Source: a virus
Taxonomy: Duplodnaviria; Caudoviricetes
Length of the DNA: 31,881 nucleotides
Direction: 5' to 3' (one strand)
Virus record (IMG/VR): IMGVR_UViG_3300032219_001009
Location: 1-31,881 of that record
Shown here: positions 1 to 9,431 of the stretch, piece after piece
Layout: each line of letters begins with the position of its first letter
Numbering within the stretch: position 1 is the first letter of the stretch
Made by a program: the position numbers and the translations under genes
The notes under the pieces: generated by a model
Seen by the model: only the letters and a program-made list of their open reading frames with translations
Told to the model about the DNA's origin: nothing
Database searches by the model: none

Positions 1-123
1 AGTAACTATTTGTAAATCTACATAAATTGTATCACCAACATAAACTGTTCTAGTTCCACTTGATGTACTACTTCTGCTTTCAACCGCAAAACCATTTACA
101 TATAAATCCATAGTTCCATTAGC
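1..123. repeat. Terminal direct repeat, left copy (identical to 31759-31881); circular-contig overlap
   Basis: 123-nt identity from agtaactatttgtaaatc to gttccattagc at both ends; an ORF continues in frame across the junction. Confidence 0.97.
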
Positions 124-795
124 ACCACCTGTTTCAGTATAACTCCAATTTAAAGTTGCAGAAGGTGCTGCAGTTGTTGTAGTAGTTGATGTTGTAGTTG
201 TTGTCGGAGCTGCTGTAGTGGTTGTAGTGGTTGTAGTGGTTGTAGTTGTCGTTGTAGTGGTAGTAGGTGGAGTATATCCATCAAATGTATCCTCAATAAT
301 TGGACCTAATAATTGAATACCACATTCACCTGTCTTTAAGTTGTAATCATTTATTGCTCTTAAGTGATAATAGTTACCTCTCCAATTCACAATATCATTT
401 AACTCCATATCAAAATAATCTGCTAAAGGTATAATAGCCTTTGCAGTTAGAAGACGAGTTTTAGGTGAATAAAGAAGGTCTACATAATTACTCCAATACT
501 CAGTATAAAGATTTTCGTTTGGTTGTTGTCCATAAACAGGTGCTTCGTTTAAAAATAATAATGAACGAGAACCTGTAGTTGGAAAAGAACCTGTAACCAC
601 ATTGTAATGGTCAAAGTATGGAAATTGATTTACCTCTTTTATTGCTCCTGCATTTGTTAATGAGCCACTCTCTATATTATAGGTTTCACAATTCACCATT
701 CCATTAAAAAAGAATAAGCGTGGTAATACTCTATTAGGATTGTAGTTCTGGTCACTAATAAATGTTGGAATATATATTGGAATTCTTTGACTCAT
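1..795 (-). CDS. 5' part of an origin-spanning tail protein (324 aa in total, ending at 31579): tail-tip C-terminal-like domain, poly-Thr linker, Cys-containing beta domain
   Basis: Missing from the ORF track. ATG at 795, manual translation MSQRIPIYIPTF...NLYTEYWSNYVDLLYSPKTRLL...PP-T17-AAP-T5-S-T5-AAP...; in frame with the track ORF 31579..31869 (its ATG maps to position 111; 795-111=684). Confidence 0.9.
   Translation of the reverse strand, partial: MSQRIPIYIPTFISDQNYNPNRVLPRLFFFNGMVNCETYNIESGSLTNAGAIKEVNQFPYFDHYNVVTGSFPTTGSRSLLFLNEAPVYGQQPNENLYTEYWSNYVDLLYSPKTRLLTAKAIIPLADYFDMELNDIVNWRGNYYHLRAINDYNLKTGECGIQLLGPIIEDTFDGYTPPTTTTTTTTTTTTTTTTTAAPTTTTTSTTTTTAAPSATLNWSYTETGGANGTMDLYVNGFAVESRSSTSSGTRTVYVGDTIYVDLQIVT
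163..270 (-). repeat. Poly-Thr (mucin-like) coding tract
   Basis: Encodes PP-T17-AAP-T5-S-T5-AAP; includes three perfect copies of tgtagtggt at 214-240. Confidence 0.95.
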
Positions 796-805
796 ATCTT
801 TTGTT

Positions 806-2827
806 TTAACATAATGAATAACCTAAGATTGCACCATCATACCCGATAAACACCCAATAGTACTGATAACTAGCAGTATCAATAAATCTGTAGTATTGAT
901 ATCCACCATTAAATGGAGTTGTTAAACCAAAATCAGTATATACTTTGGTAATGTTAGAAACAGCCTGCTCTGAGCTATAAACGGTATAATAACCACCACT
1001 ATGGTTACATGCATTTGTAGAATTAGAGTATGCAGTTGAACTTACATAACTAAAGTAAGAATTAGGTGGAGTTGGGGTTGCACCAGCTACTGAACCAGAA
1101 AGACCTGTTCCTGCAATCTGTAAAAGAGGTGATGAAGCAAATGTTGTTTTAACTTCAAATGTTCCTTGTGAGAAATAGTTTTGTGTATCAGTATAATAAG
1201 TTTTACCGAACTCTCTATTTGCACCTTTACTAAATTGTTGTGATACATAATCCTGGTCTAAAGCATCTCCAAAGTTTAATTGGTTTACAGCTAAGTTATT
1301 TGCAGGTATTACCTCTATTGGTTCATTAAGATTTATGTATCTATTAAAATCTTTTCTTACACCTTTCTTATACCAATCATTAAATGTATCAACAATAAGA
1401 CGGTTAGGTTTAGTTTTATCAGGATATATTATTAAGTTAAATTTCTTTTGTACTCCTTTAATAAAATCAATCAATTTAATACCTGTCGTACCATAAGGCA
1501 TATTAGTTGGTATATCTAATATTCTACCATCAGCTGCACTAACTACATCTGTAATCTCTAAGAAAGATTTTGTAGTATTACCAGGGTCTAATGTTACGGT
1601 TGGTTGTACTGTAGGTGATGCAAAATTAGGTCTTTGTTTAATTTGAAAATAATAAGTACCTACAGGAATACCATACAATTTGAATTGTGTTTTTAATTCG
1701 TATGTTGTATCAATACCACCTGAACGGCTTTGTTGTAATTGGTCAAAGAATACAAGATAAGGTTGTAGTGCAGTTAATCCATAAGCAGTACCACTACCTG
1801 TTTCTATCATTTGTAATTGAAATGTTCCATTTGCACTAAATGTACCTGGTATGTTATTTACTGAACAGCTTACATTTAGATTTAAGTTTAGAATACCTTC
1901 TAAATTAGTTGCTTTACTTACCGTATATGCACCATTGTTATAGAATCTCTGTGGGTCTGATAGAGTGTTATACCAAGGTAAGGTAACAAATGTATTAGAT
2001 GGTAAGTTAACACTTGTCATTCCACTCCCACTAATTGCTCCTACTTTTATTTTTCCAAATCCTTCTAAATCAACACCATTATACTCAGGGTATTTTAATG
2101 CAGTATTACAGAACATATAAACATCCTCTAACCACGTATTATCTTGCCAAAATGAACCTGTGTATGTGTATCCATATTGTTCAAAACATGCATCCCATAC
2201 CCTTTTTAATCGGATTGCGGGTTTAAAATCTTGTACACCTAATGCACCATCGAAATCATTTATTCCAAATGTTTGAAGTGTTCCTGCTGCAAATTGCAAT
2301 CCAGTACCATAATCTGCTAATGGATAAACTATATCACCGTTAAATAGAGAACCACTCCAACTAGATGTAATACTATTGTAAGATGAAGTATGATTTAATG
2401 ATGATAGTGTAGTTAAATCAGATAAGTAGTATTTGTTCATATCTCTCGCAAAAGAAGATACGGTTCCAAATAAGGATACCTCATAAGATATAATACCTAA
2501 ATCACCATTTAATACAACTTTGTTTAATTGTAGGTATCCACTTGCCAAATAGATACCATCAAAATCTAAGTAAGCTGGAACTTTTGTATTAGTTGAAAAA
2601 AGATATGGTGTATCAATTGCTATATCATACACATGCTCAAAGAATGCATTATTCTTTTTAGTTGCAGGTAATACGATAGTTCTACTGAAATCCACAGGTA
2701 ATGTACCCACATCAAACAGACCTGTGATATTATCAGATACTAATATATCCTCATCATCAAATAGGTCTAATATACTTCCGCTTGCTACTAATTTATAGGC
2801 AATCGTATTTGTACTTGCTACTCCCAT
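806..2827 (-). CDS. Tail tip / hub-like structural protein (N-terminal part of a family that may usually be one ORF)
   Basis: 673 aa; motifs LDLFDDEDI, FSRTIVLPAT..NNAFFEH, KPAIRLK, LIDFIKGVQKKFNL resemble tail proteins of Bacteroidota phages; lies in the tail module. Confidence 0.7.
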   Translation of the reverse strand: MGVASTNTIAYKLVASGSILDLFDDEDILVSDNITGLFDVGTLPVDFSRTIVLPATKKNNAFFEHVYDIAIDTPYLFSTNTKVPAYLDFDGIYLASGYLQLNKVVLNGDLGIISYEVSLFGTVSSFARDMNKYYLSDLTTLSSLNHTSSYNSITSSWSGSLFNGDIVYPLADYGTGLQFAAGTLQTFGINDFDGALGVQDFKPAIRLKRVWDACFEQYGYTYTGSFWQDNTWLEDVYMFCNTALKYPEYNGVDLEGFGKIKVGAISGSGMTSVNLPSNTFVTLPWYNTLSDPQRFYNNGAYTVSKATNLEGILNLNLNVSCSVNNIPGTFSANGTFQLQMIETGSGTAYGLTALQPYLVFFDQLQQSRSGGIDTTYELKTQFKLYGIPVGTYYFQIKQRPNFASPTVQPTVTLDPGNTTKSFLEITDVVSAADGRILDIPTNMPYGTTGIKLIDFIKGVQKKFNLIIYPDKTKPNRLIVDTFNDWYKKGVRKDFNRYINLNEPIEVIPANNLAVNQLNFGDALDQDYVSQQFSKGANREFGKTYYTDTQNYFSQGTFEVKTTFASSPLLQIAGTGLSGSVAGATPTPPNSYFSYVSSTAYSNSTNACNHSGGYYTVYSSEQAVSNITKVYTDFGLTTPFNGGYQYYRFIDTASYQYYWVFIGYDGAILGYSLC

Positions 2828-2830
2828 AAC

Positions 2831-3991
2831 TTATATAATTAGTTTATAGTTCTGTGCCCAATCGAATGTAAATGTATATTGAATTACTTTATCTACTACT
2901 CCTGTCTTAAAGGATATGTTTGATGAAGTAATTGAAAGAGGTCTAACTACACCTGTACTTTCGTTGTATATCCAATAGATTTCATCAGATGAAAGCATTT
3001 GTTTAATTAAATCATTTTCTCCTTCAGGCAACCATTGAGTATTTGCTACTAATGATTGTCTTGCGTTTACTACATAAGGTAGTGTTTGTGAATCATAATT
3101 ATTGTAAGATAGAGTTGAACTTTCCCAACTTCCTATTTGAGGCATGTAAACACTTCTATCTGTAGAGAACGAATTTTGAGATGCACCATATAGGTTTATG
3201 AAATCAAATTGTCCGAATCTGTTTTTATATTGTATTCTCACATTAGGATACTTTTGAATACAATCTACACTAAAGTAAATCGGAGTTCCTAATTTTGTTG
3301 AACCATCTGCTGCTTGAATTGTGTACCAATCTAATCCAGTAGTTGAAATTGGAAAAGATGGTGATGATGGGAACATAGGGAATTGTGCTATCTGTCCGCT
3401 AGTTGTTGTATTACCAGAAACATTCACAGAACCATTTCCTGTGCTTCCACTATAAATTATCTTTGTTGGAACTGTTCCTCCCGTTATACCCACATACACA
3501 CTACCACTTCCACCATTTTGTAGTAAAGCAGATTGTGATACAGGTCCATCACTCATAATAGGCCAATGTGGTGATTTAGATTGTATTGGTTGATTGATTG
3601 GTTCTTGAAATAATGCATATCCATCTAATGCTTTAAACACAGATGATATTGTATGACTAGAACCTGTCACATAAGTGCTACCACTCAACCATTGTGTGTA
3701 GAAATCACCTTTAAATAAACTTACATTTGATTTGTTTGCTATAGCAGGTTGAGTAAGTGTTGAGTTTAGAATCTTACTGAAATCAAAAATACCTACATTA
3801 CTACTATTAGGGAATTTAGTTAGTGTGTATTTTGCACTACCACTACTTGCTTCACTTCCTGTCCAATAGTAAAGGTCTACCACATATTGAAATCCACTAT
3901 TAGTTACATCCGTTGAAGATGTTACACTAAAGATAATTGGACTCTGTGCCAATGATGCTGTAGCTGGATTTTGTAATAATGTTAACGCCAT
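2831..3991 (-). CDS. Tail structural protein (distal-tail-like)
   Basis: 386 aa, beta-rich; C-terminal YKNRFGQFDFI...NDLIKQMLSSDEIYW...QYTFTFDWA pattern of siphophage tail proteins; adjacent to the tail-tip gene. Confidence 0.6.
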   Translation of the reverse strand: MALTLLQNPATASLAQSPIIFSVTSSTDVTNSGFQYVVDLYYWTGSEASSGSAKYTLTKFPNSSNVGIFDFSKILNSTLTQPAIANKSNVSLFKGDFYTQWLSGSTYVTGSSHTISSVFKALDGYALFQEPINQPIQSKSPHWPIMSDGPVSQSALLQNGGSGSVYVGITGGTVPTKIIYSGSTGNGSVNVSGNTTTSGQIAQFPMFPSSPSFPISTTGLDWYTIQAADGSTKLGTPIYFSVDCIQKYPNVRIQYKNRFGQFDFINLYGASQNSFSTDRSVYMPQIGSWESSTLSYNNYDSQTLPYVVNARQSLVANTQWLPEGENDLIKQMLSSDEIYWIYNESTGVVRPLSITSSNISFKTGVVDKVIQYTFTFDWAQNYKLII

Positions 3992-4007
3992 ATTATATTC
4001 TTTATAC

Positions 4008-4033
4008 TAATAACCAAATTTTATGTAGTTGTA
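4008..4033 (-). promoter_or_regulatory. Putative late promoter TACAA-N13-GGTTATTA
   Basis: One of 8 copies with identical 13-nt spacing, upstream of the 3991 start. Confidence 0.65.
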
Positions 4034-4389
4034 TTGGATACCTTTTTAAAGATTTTATCTAATCTCTTTTTAGTCTTTCCCAATACCTCAGTTTGTATAA
4101 CTCCTTTGATATAATCATCTATCATTGCTTTAAGTACATCAGAGTTAGCTGCATTTGTTGCGAAAGGTCTACTTCTCATCTTTACTGTCCCATTGTTAAC
4201 GAATACACCATAATATACGGTGTTCAAATCCATTACCTGAGTTTTGAATCCAACCTGTGAAGTAGTAACCTTTATACTATCTCTTAATCTACCTGTCTTA
4301 ATAGCACGAGTATCACCTCGCTGAATGTTTAGTTTAGCGAGGTTCTCATATTGTTTTGCTATATCTTTTAGTGTAGGAAAGTTTGCCAT
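4021..4389 (-). CDS. HK97 gp10-like neck/tail component
   Basis: 122 aa basic protein; KTGRLRDSI...YYGVFVNNGTVKMRSRPF motif. Confidence 0.8.
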   Translation of the reverse strand: MANFPTLKDIAKQYENLAKLNIQRGDTRAIKTGRLRDSIKVTTSQVGFKTQVMDLNTVYYGVFVNNGTVKMRSRPFATNAANSDVLKAMIDDYIKGVIQTEVLGKTKKRLDKIFKKVSNTTT

Positions 4390-6521
4390 TAGTATGAGCC
4401 GGTTATATTATTTAATAATGCCTGTGATACTCTAATTATTTCAGCATTTCCTAATGCTCTTCCATATAGTAATGTAGAGTGAACATATTTGTTGTAATCA
4501 GGTGAACTATTGTAATCACCACCAGGATTATTAAACCACATAATACTATTTGAAGGTATTAACCTCATAGCCATATTTGATTTTGAAACAGCTCCTAGCA
4601 ATGTACCATTATAGTAAATTGATGCAGTAACATTTCTATTTTCATTAGATGCAGTTGTATTAGTTTGGAATCTCATAGCCCATACCGCTAATGATGATGT
4701 GCTAAAATTACTTCCTGATGGTGCTGGTAAAACTATACTTGCAGTATTAGGTGCAAATGGTACTAATTGCGGATAATATGAATCAGTAAATATAATTTTA
4801 CTACCTGAAATAAGAGTATGAAATGCAACTCCTTGTCTAAGAGGGTCAAAATTATTATTCCAAGCTTGAGAACCCATTATATACTGAGGGTCATTGGTAT
4901 TAAATGCTCCATATAAGAAAGCAGTATATTCATAATATGATGCAGATATAGTGTTTATAGTAGGTTGTGAATTGATAAATACTCCTTTATTACCATTTAA
5001 CTCAGGCCATTTCCATGCGGTATATGAGCCGGTATATAAAGATGAGGTTGCGCTATCATTTTGTCCACAAAATAAAACAGGCCAGTCTGATTCAATTAGT
5101 AGACTACAAGCTGATTGTGTAACTTGCATCTTAACATCAATCCAATTATTATATATACCTTCACTATAATTAAATGTATTATTATATGTGTTAAACGGCA
5201 TATATGATATTAATCCATTAGGAATAATTGCAGGACCAATTGTAGTTGTGGTTGTAGTAGGAGCTAAAGTAGTAGTTGTAGTCGTAGTTGTAGTCGTAGT
5301 TGTTGGTAACGGCTGACAACTAGTCAAATCAACTGATTGTGAATTTGATTGCCCCTGATTATTTTTTACATAAAGTGTATAAATAGAATTTTGTAAATTA
5401 GTATATGTGTTGTACTCAGATGAAGATGGATAATATACACCAAATTGATTTAGTGATTGGAAATAAGGCCCACCTTGTCCACCTGTAACTCCTAATAATG
5501 TAAACTGGCCACCACCTGATGCTAAACAACTTGCACTAATGTTTATATTCAACGGTCCAATTGTTGTTGTTGATGTTGTGGTTGTAGGTGCTAATGTAGT
5601 TGTCGATGTTGTTGTTGTAGTTGAAGTAGTAGTCGTAGTAGGAGCAGGTACACAATCTATTACTACAGATTGAGATGCTTCAAATCCTACATTGTTTTTA
5701 ACTGTTACTTCAAATGTTCCATCAGCTAATCCTGTGAATGATTGTGTTGGTGTAGTTAAAGGATAGAATATACCATCATTTAAACCAACAAACTTAGGTG
5801 AACTTCCCCCTCCTGCTACACTATAAACGCTTATCACACCATTACCTTCAAATCCTGCACAACTTCCGCTTGATTGGAATGTAATTGGTGCTAAAGTTGT
5901 TGTAGTGGTAGTCGATGTTGTCGTAGTCGTAGTTGGACCTGCTGTAGTTGTAGTAGTAGGCCCACCGGTTGTAGTTGTAGTAGTTGGTGATGGTGGTACA
6001 ATGACTTGTGGTAATAACGGAAATAAACATATATCCTTATTGTTGTGTACTAACATATCAAATGTACATACCCATCCAGCTAACCCATTATCGAAGTTAT
6101 CTTTGAATGGAACACAATCTATATCATCATTGATTTCGATTGCTTCAACATTTCTTTGTGTATATGAAGTTAAATCATTTAAGATAGCTAATGTGTTGGC
6201 GTGAATATCAACAACATCATCACTTCCATTAAAAGGAATAACCTGAAAGTTTGTACTTCCAGATGATTCATTGTTCTTTAACTTAACTTTATCCGCTACT
6301 GTCAATTGACAAGTAAAGGTAGAAGTTTTTAAACCAAAACTTGCGTTTGTGATTAAGATGTTTCCTAATGGATAGACAGGATATTCTCTGTAATCTATTT
6401 CGAATATATCACCCTGAGTAACTGAACCCAATGAAGGATGATTACTCATAATGGTTTTGAAATACTCTAATACATTATAGTAGAGTGTAAAATTCTGTCC
6501 ACTATCGTTTATTACTGCCAT
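4389..6521 (-). CDS. Tail completion/terminator-like domain fused to poly-Thr linkers, two SprB-like repeats and a LamG-like domain
   Basis: N-terminal ~170 aa (HPSLGSVTQGDIFEID...FDNGLAGW) sits in the neck-gene position; three Thr tracts; two C..G.G.I...GG...F/YT.L..G/S.Y/F...VKNN.G repeats; C-terminal LLYGRALGNAEI. Confidence 0.65.
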   Translation of the reverse strand: MAVINDSGQNFTLYYNVLEYFKTIMSNHPSLGSVTQGDIFEIDYREYPVYPLGNILITNASFGLKTSTFTCQLTVADKVKLKNNESSGSTNFQVIPFNGSDDVVDIHANTLAILNDLTSYTQRNVEAIEINDDIDCVPFKDNFDNGLAGWVCTFDMLVHNNKDICLFPLLPQVIVPPSPTTTTTTGGPTTTTTAGPTTTTTTSTTTTTTLAPITFQSSGSCAGFEGNGVISVYSVAGGGSSPKFVGLNDGIFYPLTTPTQSFTGLADGTFEVTVKNNVGFEASQSVVIDCVPAPTTTTTSTTTTTSTTTLAPTTTTSTTTIGPLNINISASCLASGGGQFTLLGVTGGQGGPYFQSLNQFGVYYPSSSEYNTYTNLQNSIYTLYVKNNQGQSNSQSVDLTSCQPLPTTTTTTTTTTTTLAPTTTTTTIGPAIIPNGLISYMPFNTYNNTFNYSEGIYNNWIDVKMQVTQSACSLLIESDWPVLFCGQNDSATSSLYTGSYTAWKWPELNGNKGVFINSQPTINTISASYYEYTAFLYGAFNTNDPQYIMGSQAWNNNFDPLRQGVAFHTLISGSKIIFTDSYYPQLVPFAPNTASIVLPAPSGSNFSTSSLAVWAMRFQTNTTASNENRNVTASIYYNGTLLGAVSKSNMAMRLIPSNSIMWFNNPGGDYNSSPDYNKYVHSTLLYGRALGNAEIIRVSQALLNNITGSY

Positions 6522-6531
6522 ATAGCTTAAA

Positions 6532-7050
6532 TTATAGATTTATTCCACCGAAATAAGTGTTACTCATATCAGGGAAGATTTGTGTTTGGTTTCCTACAGA
6601 TTCTAAGTATTCTGGTATCAAATTAGAATAAGATATTAAATAGTTTTGTAATCTAGTAGCGTAGTAATCAGCATTTGATTGTGCGTGATACTTTAAGTAA
6701 TCTACTTCATTCTTACCAGGCGCAACTGATTGGTCTGATAGGTGTTTTACCGCTCCTTCACTCTTAAATGATACTGAAGAGAATGGAATATACTCAACAC
6801 AACTATACCATATTAAAGTAGGTTTGATATGGTCGTTAATTAAATCCTGATACGCTGGTCCTAATGTACTAACTGTACCTGCTTCAATTCTTCCTTGCAA
6901 AAAGTAGAATAGAACAGTTCCCAATAAGTTTAACATATACTTATCTTGCGCTGTTCTCACAAATGGTAATAACTTATCAGCATCAATAGCACCCTGTAAT
7001 GGAGTGTTCTTAATTATATCGTTTCTTGTTATGAATAATGCGTATGCCAT
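6532..7050 (-). CDS. Head-tail adaptor/connector-like protein
   Basis: 172 aa, directly after the portal gene; ALFITRNDIIKNTPLQGAIDADKLLPFVRTAQD motif typical of Bacteroidota phage adaptors. Confidence 0.65.
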   Translation of the reverse strand: MAYALFITRNDIIKNTPLQGAIDADKLLPFVRTAQDKYMLNLLGTVLFYFLQGRIEAGTVSTLGPAYQDLINDHIKPTLIWYSCVEYIPFSSVSFKSEGAVKHLSDQSVAPGKNEVDYLKYHAQSNADYYATRLQNYLISYSNLIPEYLESVGNQTQIFPDMSNTYFGGINL

Positions 7051-7058
7051 ATTTTAAT

Positions 7059-8339
7059 TTATTTATATACTTCGTAATTTTTAGTAAAGTTTGGTTGAGA
7101 TGTATAAAGCCATCCTTCTTCACGCAGTTGTTCTACATTTCCAGTCTCATCATCAATTGAATCAGGATTTTCCATTTGCTTATTTATTTCATCTTCTACT
7201 TGTCCAACACTCTTATCAGTTTCTTCAGCAGTTGTACTTAAGATTACTAATGGAGTTAATTGTTCAAAATACAATTGTGTATCTTCCCATCCACCTTCTA
7301 CTAATGCATCGTTTAAAAAGTTTAATACTAAGTTTTGGAATGGTTGAATTGTCATTGATTGCATAATAGAGAATGCTGTTTTCATCTCTTCTGATTGAGA
7401 GGAGAATCCATTATTAGCAGTTCTTATACCAAATAGGAGTGGAGAAGTAATACGATGGGCCACAAGGATTCTATCCTGTGCGTAATCTGCAACATATTGG
7501 AATTTCTCGTGTAAGTTCTCAATCTGTATTGTATCAATTGTAGGTTTGTTAGCTGCATCATCATTAAATGAAATCATAAAACGGCCTGCATTTCTAGTGC
7601 CTGTAAACTTACGTTCGATTAGGTCTTCAATAGTATCTCTCTCTTCAGGAGCTGGGATACCATTGTTCATATTAACCATTACGAGGGGCAAGAATCCATT
7701 TTCTATGTTGTTGATATGTAGATTACTCAACTCAGCCTCAACCTCCGAAAATTGTAGTGCAGAAATCCAATCAGGGATACTATAGTAGTACTTACCTGGT
7801 GTGTAATTCTTTATGTATAAGATTTCTCTTTTCTCATTAGATGTTCCAAATGCAGGTATAGCTTTCTTATCTCTTACCTTCTTCATATCATACCAATCAG
7901 TACAATAGAAATAGGTATCTATTTTTGGAGTATCAAAAATCTTTTCAGCTCTTAGTGTTTGAACAGGGATATGGTAGAACTTTACTACTTTAGTATGCTC
8001 ATCATTCCAAATTACTTGAAATGCTCCGTTACCATAAAGTTTTAGGTCAAAGATTACTCTCTTTAATTCTTCCTGTGGTATTAACTTAGATAGGTTCTCT
8101 GTAAACCCTTCATTCTTTGTATAGATTCCTTTTCCAAAGATTAAATCACTTATACCCTCAACACATGCTGCATTGGTTGTAGAAGTTTGAAATGCCATAG
8201 TAATAATTGGAAAGAAATCATCTTGCATTCGGATTCCAAATGGGACCCAATTATATCGAGTCTTTACATCTTCTGTTATTACGGGCACATCCTGTTGTGC
8301 TAAGGAAACTACTGAAAAATTTTGAATTTGTTTATTCAT
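7059..8339 (-). CDS. Portal protein
   Basis: 426 aa; STTNAACVEG, DLKLYGNGAFQVIW, YYSIPDWISAL, KFTGTRNAGRFMISFND, ILVAHRITSPLLFGI portal-type motifs. Confidence 0.88.
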   Translation of the reverse strand: MNKQIQNFSVVSLAQQDVPVITEDVKTRYNWVPFGIRMQDDFFPIITMAFQTSTTNAACVEGISDLIFGKGIYTKNEGFTENLSKLIPQEELKRVIFDLKLYGNGAFQVIWNDEHTKVVKFYHIPVQTLRAEKIFDTPKIDTYFYCTDWYDMKKVRDKKAIPAFGTSNEKREILYIKNYTPGKYYYSIPDWISALQFSEVEAELSNLHINNIENGFLPLVMVNMNNGIPAPEERDTIEDLIERKFTGTRNAGRFMISFNDDAANKPTIDTIQIENLHEKFQYVADYAQDRILVAHRITSPLLFGIRTANNGFSSQSEEMKTAFSIMQSMTIQPFQNLVLNFLNDALVEGGWEDTQLYFEQLTPLVILSTTAEETDKSVGQVEDEINKQMENPDSIDDETGNVEQLREEGWLYTSQPNFTKNYEVYK

Positions 8340-8340
8340 T

Positions 8341-8694
8341 TTAGTTCATTATTATGTATTCGTTATCAGTTACATTACTGATGTATTGTGTATTTTGATT
8401 AGTATATACTGTCACATTAGATTGAGATGTATAGACTTGTATTGAACCAGCCCATATATCTGTCGAACCTGATGATATTGTTGCTCTATATTCTCCTGCA
8501 ACAGAAGAACTTGCTATTGATGCAGTAAATTGTAATAAGTTCTCATAATCATTAAAAGAATACGAAGTAATTGAAGAACTTGTCTTAACTAATGTGTACA
8601 TATTCTCCAAATTAAGCCTAAGTGTACTGCCAGAATTGAAATCTTCTGTTCTTAAGGTGAAAACATTACTACCTGTGGTGTAATATGCTAGCAT
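8341..8694 (-). CDS. Small beta-rich protein, probably virion-associated
   Basis: 117 aa between tail tube and portal genes, preceded by a late promoter motif. Confidence 0.6.
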   Translation of the reverse strand: MLAYYTTGSNVFTLRTEDFNSGSTLRLNLENMYTLVKTSSSITSYSFNDYENLLQFTASIASSSVAGEYRATISSGSTDIWAGSIQVYTSQSNVTVYTNQNTQYISNVTDNEYIIMN

Positions 8695-8718
8695 TTATCT
8701 ATAATTTATCTGTTAATA

Positions 8719-8744
8719 TAATAACAATAAAATATGAAAATGTT
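8719..8744 (-). promoter_or_regulatory. Putative late promoter AACAT-N13-TGTTATTA
   Basis: Conserved motif and spacing; lies just after the terminator at 8754-8784. Confidence 0.7.
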
Positions 8745-8753
8745 TTGTGCATG

Positions 8754-8784
8754 AAAAAAGGTAACCATTTCTGATTACCTCTTT
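8754..8784 (-). terminator. Intrinsic terminator after the tail tube gene
   Basis: AGGUAAUCA-GAAA-UGGUUACCU stem-loop followed by a U run. Confidence 0.85.
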
Positions 8785-8813
8785 AAGTTCTTTTATGATT
8801 TAAGTTTTACCTA

Positions 8814-9356
8814 TTATGGATTTGAACCTGTTACAATTGTTGGTGCTGCAATATTCGCAAACGCACTACCTGTAGTTGAACCAGAGATAAATGATGCTGG
8901 TAATTGTTCTAAACCGGTCATTTGAACTGAATAACCATATAGGTCACCCAATCCTCCACCTGTTTGTATAGAACCCGCTGTCAAATCTGCTCCTTGTGTT
9001 TCACCTACTAATAATGCATCTCCGTTATTCGTCCAAACAATAATCTGAGGTCTACCATAAGCCATTAACTTTAATTGTGTTGTCATCTCATTAGTTAACT
9101 TCTTTAAATTAAGAGTTACTTCCTGTGAGAAGAATGTTGTACCATTCTCTCTTGATGAGTTCACAGTTTCCTGGTAATTGCTCGTCCCTTTCAATTCATA
9201 AAAATACGCTGTTGTTGCTGCTGGTAGGGCAGTTACCTGTCCACTTGCATTCTTTGTAAAAGATGATGTAGTGTAGTTGATGAAGTAAACTCCTTTCAAA
9301 CCACCGATACTCTCTTTACACACTTCCTGTCTTCCAGCTGATAAATTACAAGGCAT
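8814..9356 (-). CDS. Major tail (tube) protein-like
   Basis: 180 aa after the capsid gene; MPCNLSAGRQEVCKESIGGLKGVYF...SRENGTTFFSQEVTL conserved structural pattern. Confidence 0.7.
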   Translation of the reverse strand: MPCNLSAGRQEVCKESIGGLKGVYFINYTTSSFTKNASGQVTALPAATTAYFYELKGTSNYQETVNSSRENGTTFFSQEVTLNLKKLTNEMTTQLKLMAYGRPQIIVWTNNGDALLVGETQGADLTAGSIQTGGGLGDLYGYSVQMTGLEQLPASFISGSTTGSAFANIAAPTIVTGSNP

Positions 9357-9396
9357 CTATATTAAATTTATTTGTTTGTTTTATATAACTTATTAA

Positions 9397-9420
9397 AGAG
9401 TGAGGATTACTCCCCACTCT
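9397..9420 (-). terminator. Stem-loop after the capsid gene (weak terminator or mRNA stabiliser)
   Basis: AGAGUGGGGA-GUAA-UCCUCACUCU, 10-bp stem with a GNRA loop and a short U tail. Confidence 0.7.
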
Positions 9421-9431
9421 AAGATTTTTTA

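Noticed and set aside
1-123. Terminal repeat as a physical phage DTR
   Set aside because: It falls in the middle of a coding sequence, and the terminase type suggests headful packaging; an assembler overlap of a circular contig is more likely
796-808. Stop-codon readthrough or alternative genetic code joining the two tail ORFs
   Set aside because: The ORFs are in different frames with a 10-nt gap and a separate ATG; the rest of the genome codes densely under the standard code
5905-6204. Val-rich membrane-like protein on the plus strand
   Set aside because: It is simply the antisense reading of the poly-Thr tract
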